A stretch of 64,000 bases of DNA, taken from NCBI GenBank assembly GCA_015486075.1, contig WFSG01000012.1, positions 21,096 to 85,095 of the forward strand. Reading direction: 5' to 3'. The notes under the pieces were generated by a model. The model did no database searches. It saw only the letters and a program-made list of their open reading frames with translations, and was not told the origin of the DNA. Source of the stretch: Deltaproteobacteria bacterium. Lineage in GTDB: Bacteria; Desulfobacterota; Desulfomonilia; UBA1062. Below, piece by piece: positions 58,249 to 64,000 of the stretch (position 1 is its first letter; each line of letters begins with the position of its first letter). The position numbers were made by a program, and so were the translations under genes.

Positions 58249-58995
58249 CTATTGTAAATACAGGCTGAGCCTGTCTAGGTATCCATTCAGGACATCACCC
58301 ATGTGGAGATTCCCCTTCATGGAGATATCGCCTAGGCAGATGGATGCCATGACATCAACCTTATCGTCTGCCACGTCGAGTGCTGTCTTGTCTGAAGAAA
58401 ATTCCATTATGAAGTCTGGATCTTTGGCATGGCCTGCATCTGCATGTGCATGGCCATTTTTGTACACAACGTGTGCTGCAAAACCATCCTTTATCCTGAA
58501 TTCGGCAACCCCCTCGGGCATATGCGACCTTTGTTCCTCCATTGCCTTATCGTAGTTTAAGAGTATGGCAAGACCCCTAGGAATAGTATTGATGGTTAGC
58601 TTTGCCTTGAGCGACATCGGGGGGTTTGGACCCTTCATTACCTTTTCCATGCGTTTTGCAAGCTTCATGAACGTAATCAAACCCTTGAGCTTTGTAAAGC
58701 CTTTTAAAACTAGGGGAAAACCCACCCCTGAGCCTGTGAACATGTTGTTCATCAGCTTTTCCGTGGGAAAGAAAAGGGTCACGTCTGGTCTCAATGGCCT
58801 GCCAGGTTTAAGGGTTACCTTGGAGTTACTGAAAGTGAGGGTACTGCTGGGTCCTTGAAGGCCTGCCTTGAAAAGTATACTACCGTTCCACTTTCCTGCA
58901 ATAGGCCGAGACAGTTCATCATCTGTTGCCATGATCTCAAGGTTTGGAAGCACTGCCTCAAGGTGGAGCCTAGCTAATACTACTTGGTCTAGCAT
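58249..58995 (-). CDS. Tandem SCP2-like lipid-binding protein
   Basis: Two SCP2-like repeats (PDVTLFF..MNNMFTG; PDFIMEFSS..DVMASICLGDISMKGNL); AAGGAG spacing favours the ATG at 58995. Confidence 0.7.
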   Translation of the reverse strand: MLDQVVLARLHLEAVLPNLEIMATDDELSRPIAGKWNGSILFKAGLQGPSSTLTFSNSKVTLKPGRPLRPDVTLFFPTEKLMNNMFTGSGVGFPLVLKGFTKLKGLITFMKLAKRMEKVMKGPNPPMSLKAKLTINTIPRGLAILLNYDKAMEEQRSHMPEGVAEFRIKDGFAAHVVYKNGHAHADAGHAKDPDFIMEFSSDKTALDVADDKVDVMASICLGDISMKGNLHMGDVLNGYLDRLSLYLQ

Positions 58996-59023
58996 AGACA
59001 TCTCCTTTAATAATATTATGATG

Positions 59024-59078
59024 CGAGCGATTACTCACTCACCAAAGACAATTATATAGATAAAATATCTTATGTCAA
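59024..59078 (-). promoter_or_regulatory. Consensus sigma70 promoter with downstream TetR-type operator
   Basis: Minus strand TTGACA(59078-59073)-16 bp-TATAAT(59056-59051), then tgagtgagtaatcgctcg (59041-59024). Confidence 0.65.
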
Positions 59079-59122
59079 CAAAAATCTGGATAGGACGGCA
59101 TACAAAGGTAGCGGTACACTGA

Positions 59123-59944
59123 CTAATCTTCTATATCTGGAAAATCTGGATCTTTTCCTGTTAAGAATGCAGATATACCGTAAAGGCATTCTCCTGAGGC
59201 AATGAGGTCTATGGCCCTGGTTGACTCTAGCTCCAGGGCTTTGTCAAGGGGTAAGTAGGCCGATTTTCTAATCAATTCAAGTGCAGCCCTTACAGCCCTG
59301 GGCCCGTTCTTTGCTATCTTTTCTGCAAGCTCCATGGAGTTTTCATACGCCTTCCCGGGTGCACATACATAGTTTATAAGACCCATTGAGAGTGCCTCTT
59401 CGGCCCTTACCTTCCTTGCCGTGAGAATGAGATCAGCTGCCCTAGAGGGTCCCACCAGCCTCGCAAGTGCAACACCCCCACCCCAGTCAGTCATAAGACC
59501 AAGCCTTACCTCAGAGAAACATATAACGGCATCTGCATCCATCATCCTGATATCACAGCGTATTGCAAGCTCTGCCCCGCCCCCATATGCATTTCCATTG
59601 ATGGCTGCTATTATAGGTACGGGTAGGCTTACAAGGGAGTCAACAGCCTCTCTTATGCGCCTAATGATGGGCTCCACGGGTCCTTTATTATGTTTCTCGA
59701 CAGCTTCTATGAGACCGGAGACTTGCGGGTTGTCCGGATTTACGTCGAAACCAGCCGAAAAAGCCACTTTGCTTGAACCTGTTACCACTACTATTCGTGG
59801 TAGATTTCTGCGAAGACGAGACACTATCTCTTCAAGCCTTGACCACATCTCCTCGTTGAATGCGTTCCTTCTGTCTGGTCTGTTGAATGTTATTGTTGCC
59901 ACTGGGCCTGTATAATCCAGACTCATAATTGATTCAGAACCCAT
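59123..59944 (-). CDS. Enoyl-CoA hydratase/isomerase
   Basis: NRPDRRNA, AFSAGFD, AYGGGAELA, SEVRLGL (both catalytic Glu present). Confidence 0.92.
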   Translation of the reverse strand: MGSESIMSLDYTGPVATITFNRPDRRNAFNEEMWSRLEEIVSRLRRNLPRIVVVTGSSKVAFSAGFDVNPDNPQVSGLIEAVEKHNKGPVEPIIRRIREAVDSLVSLPVPIIAAINGNAYGGGAELAIRCDIRMMDADAVICFSEVRLGLMTDWGGGVALARLVGPSRAADLILTARKVRAEEALSMGLINYVCAPGKAYENSMELAEKIAKNGPRAVRAALELIRKSAYLPLDKALELESTRAIDLIASGECLYGISAFLTGKDPDFPDIED

Positions 59945-59963
59945 TGGAGTCCTCCTTGTGCTC

Positions 59964-61808
59964 CTATCCCCTTCTAGGTATACCTTTCCAGTATTTATCT
60001 TCTATGGCCCTTTTTATTAGTTTTCCATCCGTGTGTCTGGGCAAGCTCCCGGAGAACTCTACAACCCTTGGAATTTTGTACCCGTACAGGCCCTGTGCCT
60101 TGCAGTACTCTATTATCTCCTCGGGTGTTGACTCTTGTCCTTCCCTTAACTGAACCACTGCTGCAGGAACCTCACCAAGGTCTTCATCCGGGTATCTGAC
60201 TACGGCTACATCCATTACCTTCGGATTTCTCTTTATTACCGCCTCTATCTCGTCTGGATATATATTTACCCCGCCTGATATTATCATTTCCTTTACCCTG
60301 CCCGTGAGATAAAGAAAACCATCTTCGTCCATGTAACCCAAGAGGCCGTCATCAAACCATGATTTGCCGTCCACGTCGATGAATGCCTTCTCCAGTTTTT
60401 CGGGTGTTCCCATATACCTGAGGCTTACCGTCATTACGCTTCTGGTGAGTACCTTGCCTTCTTTGTTTGGAGGACACCATTGGCCTTTCTCACTGTCGTA
60501 TATCCTTGTCTCGGCACATCTTATCTTGCCCACGCTCGCGTATCTCTTGGGATTTTCTTCGTAGTCACTTGGTAGCAATACCGATGTAATAGTTGTCTCT
60601 GCCGATCCATAGTATTCCTTGAACACATTACCCGTACATCCCTGCCTTATGAAGAACCTGTTTGCAGCCTTTTTGAGTTCAGGGGTTGCAGGTGCTGCAG
60701 CGCATATCAATGACCTCATTGAACTTAAGTCATACTTTGCCTTTACTTCGTCAGGCAGGTCCAGGATCCTTTCAAGCATGGTTGGTACAACAAAAACCCA
60801 GTTGATCCTTTCTCTCTCCACGATCCTCAGGAATTCCTCGGGATCAAACTCTCTCATCGTTACTACTGTGGCCCCAAGAAGCAAGAAAGGCGCCCATCCA
60901 GCTATAACCCCAGCATGGTATAGGGGACCAGGAACGAGGCATCTTATATTGTGGGTAAAAGGATCCTTTATCTTGTTACCCCCAAACCAGTAAGAAAAAC
61001 TCATCTCCATTATAAACAGTCTGAGGTATTCTGCCAGTGATACCTTGGGCGGTTCTGATATGTTGCTCATTGCATAGCCGAATCCGTCAAAGTAATTGAC
61101 ATTCTTGGGAATGCCCGTGGTTCCACCGGTATACGGGTTTAAGGCAAGTATGAAATTTTTCTCTGGCATGGTTGAAGGGGATTCAGTTATCAGGTCCTCG
61201 TATAGTATCATGCCATTTGGTGCTTTGTTTCCGACCACGATTAATTTCTCAACACTTTTAAGCCTGTCCCTGATTGATAGAACCTCATCGACCAGTGTCT
61301 CGTCAAGCAGTAGTATCCTGGGAGAGCTCCTGTTTATGGCCTCTGCCAGCTCTTCTCCTCTCATGTGCCAGTTTAGGAAGGGCATTGGGCAACCAATGAT
61401 AGAACCCCCAAACAGTGCTTCAAAAAACTCATTGCAGTTGTAAAGAAGTTCTGCAAACCTGTCCTTTGGCCTGAGCCCTAGTGACTTGAGTGCGTTTGCA
61501 AACCTCAAGACCCTGTCTTTAAATTCGGTAAATGTTAATCTTCTATCTCCCGAGATTATTGCCTCCCTTTTGTCAAACACCTCCCACATAGACACCAAGA
61601 ACTCTGGTATAACCTCTCCCGCCGTTAGGCTTCCTGGGTTGGTTATAAACTTTCCAGGGCCTATTCTCTTTACGAATCTTGAGAGTATCTTTATTGAGTC
61701 TGCAGCACCCCACTGGACAAAAGTGGTTATCAATAGACCGCGCCCGTGTTCCATCCTTAGTATACCAGGTAAAGCTTTCAGTATCTCTTTCAGGTCCTTG
61801 TCAGGCAT
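59964..61808 (-). CDS. Acyl-CoA synthetase (AMP-binding) with N-terminal extension
   Basis: YTGGTTGIPK, PLYH, YYGSAE, GRVKEMIISGGVNIYP, PRHTDGKLIKR. Confidence 0.9.
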   Translation of the reverse strand: MPDKDLKEILKALPGILRMEHGRGLLITTFVQWGAADSIKILSRFVKRIGPGKFITNPGSLTAGEVIPEFLVSMWEVFDKREAIISGDRRLTFTEFKDRVLRFANALKSLGLRPKDRFAELLYNCNEFFEALFGGSIIGCPMPFLNWHMRGEELAEAINRSSPRILLLDETLVDEVLSIRDRLKSVEKLIVVGNKAPNGMILYEDLITESPSTMPEKNFILALNPYTGGTTGIPKNVNYFDGFGYAMSNISEPPKVSLAEYLRLFIMEMSFSYWFGGNKIKDPFTHNIRCLVPGPLYHAGVIAGWAPFLLLGATVVTMREFDPEEFLRIVERERINWVFVVPTMLERILDLPDEVKAKYDLSSMRSLICAAAPATPELKKAANRFFIRQGCTGNVFKEYYGSAETTITSVLLPSDYEENPKRYASVGKIRCAETRIYDSEKGQWCPPNKEGKVLTRSVMTVSLRYMGTPEKLEKAFIDVDGKSWFDDGLLGYMDEDGFLYLTGRVKEMIISGGVNIYPDEIEAVIKRNPKVMDVAVVRYPDEDLGEVPAAVVQLREGQESTPEEIIEYCKAQGLYGYKIPRVVEFSGSLPRHTDGKLIKRAIEDKYWKGIPRRG

Positions 61809-62003
61809 GTCTCACACCTCCTTAGTAATTGCATACAAGCAAAGTAAGATTCGTTTAAACTGGGTAGTCTTTAAATACCCTCTATCATGTTACACCATTA
61901 CGGACAGCATTTAAAGTCGTCCTGTTTCTATTTATACATATTACACCAGATAGCCATGAATCCATGCCTGGGCATGCCGCCACGTTAACGGAGGCCATGT
62001 ATG

Positions 62004-62813
62004 CTATTCGGTATCTTCACTATCTTTGCTGAACGATTTTATCAGCTTGAAAAACTCACCAGAGAACACCATTATTGTCTGGTTTCTATTCTCCATGTTT
62101 ATTGCTGCTTCGAGCGATGGAGCATCTATGTTCTGGTCCAAGGCCCTCTTTGTAAGTTTCAATGCACTAAAAGATTTTTCTGCCATCATATTTGCGTAGG
62201 CAATAGCTTCGTCTATGAGGTTCTTCCTTGGCACTACCTTGTTTACGAGTCCCATGTCGCGCGCCTCTTCTGCCCAGAGTTTTCTACCTGTAAACAATAT
62301 ATCCGAGGCCCTTGATAGTCCGACGAGGCGAGGGATGAGGTAAGATGTGCCAAGTTCGCCACCTGATAGGCCTATGTTTATAAACGATGCCACGAAATAT
62401 GCCTCGGGACAAGCGATACGTATGTCACTAGCCAAGGCTATTGAAAAGCCGCCACCAGCGGCAGGACCGTTTATGACCGAGATTACGGGTTGTGGAATCT
62501 TTCTTAGTTTTAGAATAAGCGAGGCATATCTTTCCTGGACTATCTTTAGAAAAGATACCGGGTCCCTGAATGCATCCGAGTCCTTGTATGTAATGGCATC
62601 GTTGAGATCTGCACCAGCCGAGAAACCACGGCCTTCGCCCGTTATAAGGATAATCTTTGTTGAATCGTCATTGCTTAGAAAATCGAATATCTCATCGAAT
62701 TCTGCTAACATCTCCATGTTGATAGCGTTGAGCATGTCCGGACGTATCATTGTTATTAAGCGGATAGAATGGCCTACCTCTTCGAACTTGAGTGTGTTAA
62801 AGGATTTTTTCAT
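62004..62813 (-). CDS. Crotonase-superfamily protein lacking the canonical catalytic glutamates
   Basis: RPDMLNAIN, GFSAGADL, AAGGGFSIALASD, FINIGLSGGELG. Confidence 0.9.
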   Translation of the reverse strand: MKKSFNTLKFEEVGHSIRLITMIRPDMLNAINMEMLAEFDEIFDFLSNDDSTKIILITGEGRGFSAGADLNDAITYKDSDAFRDPVSFLKIVQERYASLILKLRKIPQPVISVINGPAAGGGFSIALASDIRIACPEAYFVASFINIGLSGGELGTSYLIPRLVGLSRASDILFTGRKLWAEEARDMGLVNKVVPRKNLIDEAIAYANMMAEKSFSALKLTKRALDQNIDAPSLEAAINMENRNQTIMVFSGEFFKLIKSFSKDSEDTE

Positions 62814-64000
62814 TAAGTTTCCTCTCTTTTTTTTCTGTCAAGTTCTCTTAATTCCCTTCTCAGTATCTTGCCGACTGCACTCTTTGGTAGAGAATCTGTG
62901 AACTCTATGGTTCGTGGCACCTTGTAAGGTGCTAGCCTTTCCTTTAAATACTGGATTAGCTCTTGTTCACTTAGGCTCTCACCAGGCATTTGTACAACAT
63001 AGGCTTTCACAGTCTCGCCCCTGTACTCGTCGGGTACTCCGATAGTACATGCTTCAAGCACCTTGGGATGACCGAATATGACATCGTCGATCTCGTTCGG
63101 ATATATATTGTATCCACCTGCAATTATGATGTCCTTTTTCCTGTCTACTATGGAGAGATAACCTTCCTCATCAAGGCGGCCTATATCTCCGGTATAGAAC
63201 CAGCCATGCCTGAGTGTCTTTGCTGTCTCTTCTGGTTTCTTGTAGTAGCCTAGCATGACCTGAGGGCCTTTGATGCAAATCTCCCCTTCTTTTCCGGCCT
63301 CCATTTCCCTGGTTCCCTCTTCAGGGTCCACTATCTTTATGTCTGTGCTCGGTAATGGTAGACCTACAGTACCACGCTTTATCTTTCCTCCAAATGGGCT
63401 TGCTACGGCGAAGGCCGTGTTTTCTGTGGCACCGTATACGTCGTGTATTACTGCACCGTGAAGTTCACCTAGCTGTTGAAGCGTGTCTTTAGGCAGCGGG
63501 GCTGCACCTGCAAAGTATCCCTTTATAAACGAAAGATCCATCTCCCTGAACTCCCTTTCCTTCAGGAGTCCCTGGTATATGGTTGGTACCCCTGGTAAGA
63601 AGGATGGTCTGAACTTCCTAAGTGCCTCTATTATGCCCTTTGGTTCTGGCCTTGGTATAAGGATGTTGGCCCAGCCCGAGAAGATGGACATGTTCATGCT
63701 AACCGAATACCCTGCAGAGTGAAAGATGGGGTATATGCCCATCACGATCTCGTCTCCGTCGTTCAGTGTTGGGAACCATGCCCTCCATACCTGGAGTACA
63801 CCGGAGATATTTGCATGGGTTAGCATGGCACCTTTACTTACGCCTGTTGTACCGCCTGTGTATATAAGTGCTGCAATCTCGTCCCAAAGGGATTCATCTT
63901 TAACCGGCTTATCAGGATATTTTCTTATAAGGTCCATGAATTCGTATAGGTTATTACCTGGATTCACCTTTCTGTACATGTCCTTCTTGGCCAAGGGAAA
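62813..64000 (-). CDS. Long-chain fatty acid-CoA ligase (5' truncated by window edge)
   Basis: YTGGTTGVSKG, YGATE, GWFYTGD, DRKKDIII, PKSAVGKILRR; TAATG overlap with the crotonase gene. Confidence 0.93.
   Translation of the reverse strand, partial: FPLAKKDMYRKVNPGNNLYEFMDLIRKYPDKPVKDESLWDEIAALIYTGGTTGVSKGAMLTHANISGVLQVWRAWFPTLNDGDEIVMGIYPIFHSAGYSVSMNMSIFSGWANILIPRPEPKGIIEALRKFRPSFLPGVPTIYQGLLKEREFREMDLSFIKGYFAGAAPLPKDTLQQLGELHGAVIHDVYGATENTAFAVASPFGGKIKRGTVGLPLPSTDIKIVDPEEGTREMEAGKEGEICIKGPQVMLGYYKKPEETAKTLRHGWFYTGDIGRLDEEGYLSIVDRKKDIIIAGGYNIYPNEIDDVIFGHPKVLEACTIGVPDEYRGETVKAYVVQMPGESLSEQELIQYLKERLAPYKVPRTIEFTDSLPKSAVGKILRRELRELDRKKREET

Overview
Chromosomal window from a Gram-negative anaerobic bacterium, most likely Desulfobacterota/'Deltaproteobacteria' (inferred from gene content). 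I found no mobile element, CRISPR array, rRNA or tRNA. Housekeeping blocks: fbp-fba-rpoZ-dnaJ and pgi-mutL-miaA-ttcA-Sua5/YciO-rne/rng. Energy metabolism: a complete group 3b (sulfhydrogenase-type) NAD(P)-linked [NiFe]-hydrogenase operon with protease-hypCDFE, with hypAB about 10 kb upstream. Lipid/acyl-CoA catabolic genes are dense: three acyl-CoA ligases, FadH, an IVD-type acyl-CoA dehydrogenase, two crotonases, two SCP2 proteins, an MMPL transporter and a QuiP-like amidase. Three candidates for undescribed biology stand out. (1) A FumI (aminopentol aminotransferase)-like gene paired with a tandem-SCP2 protein under its own promoter/operator, suggesting catabolism of sphingoid bases or long-chain amines. 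(2) A TetR-SCP2-atypical M24 enzyme-two paralogous membrane proteins-FadD cluster whose TetR has no canonical start codon. (3) A rifampin-phosphotransferase-architecture kinase coupled to a UPF0282 metallo-hydrolase and an FmdB zinc-ribbon gene. All family assignments come from motif recognition and recalled sequences, not from database searches.
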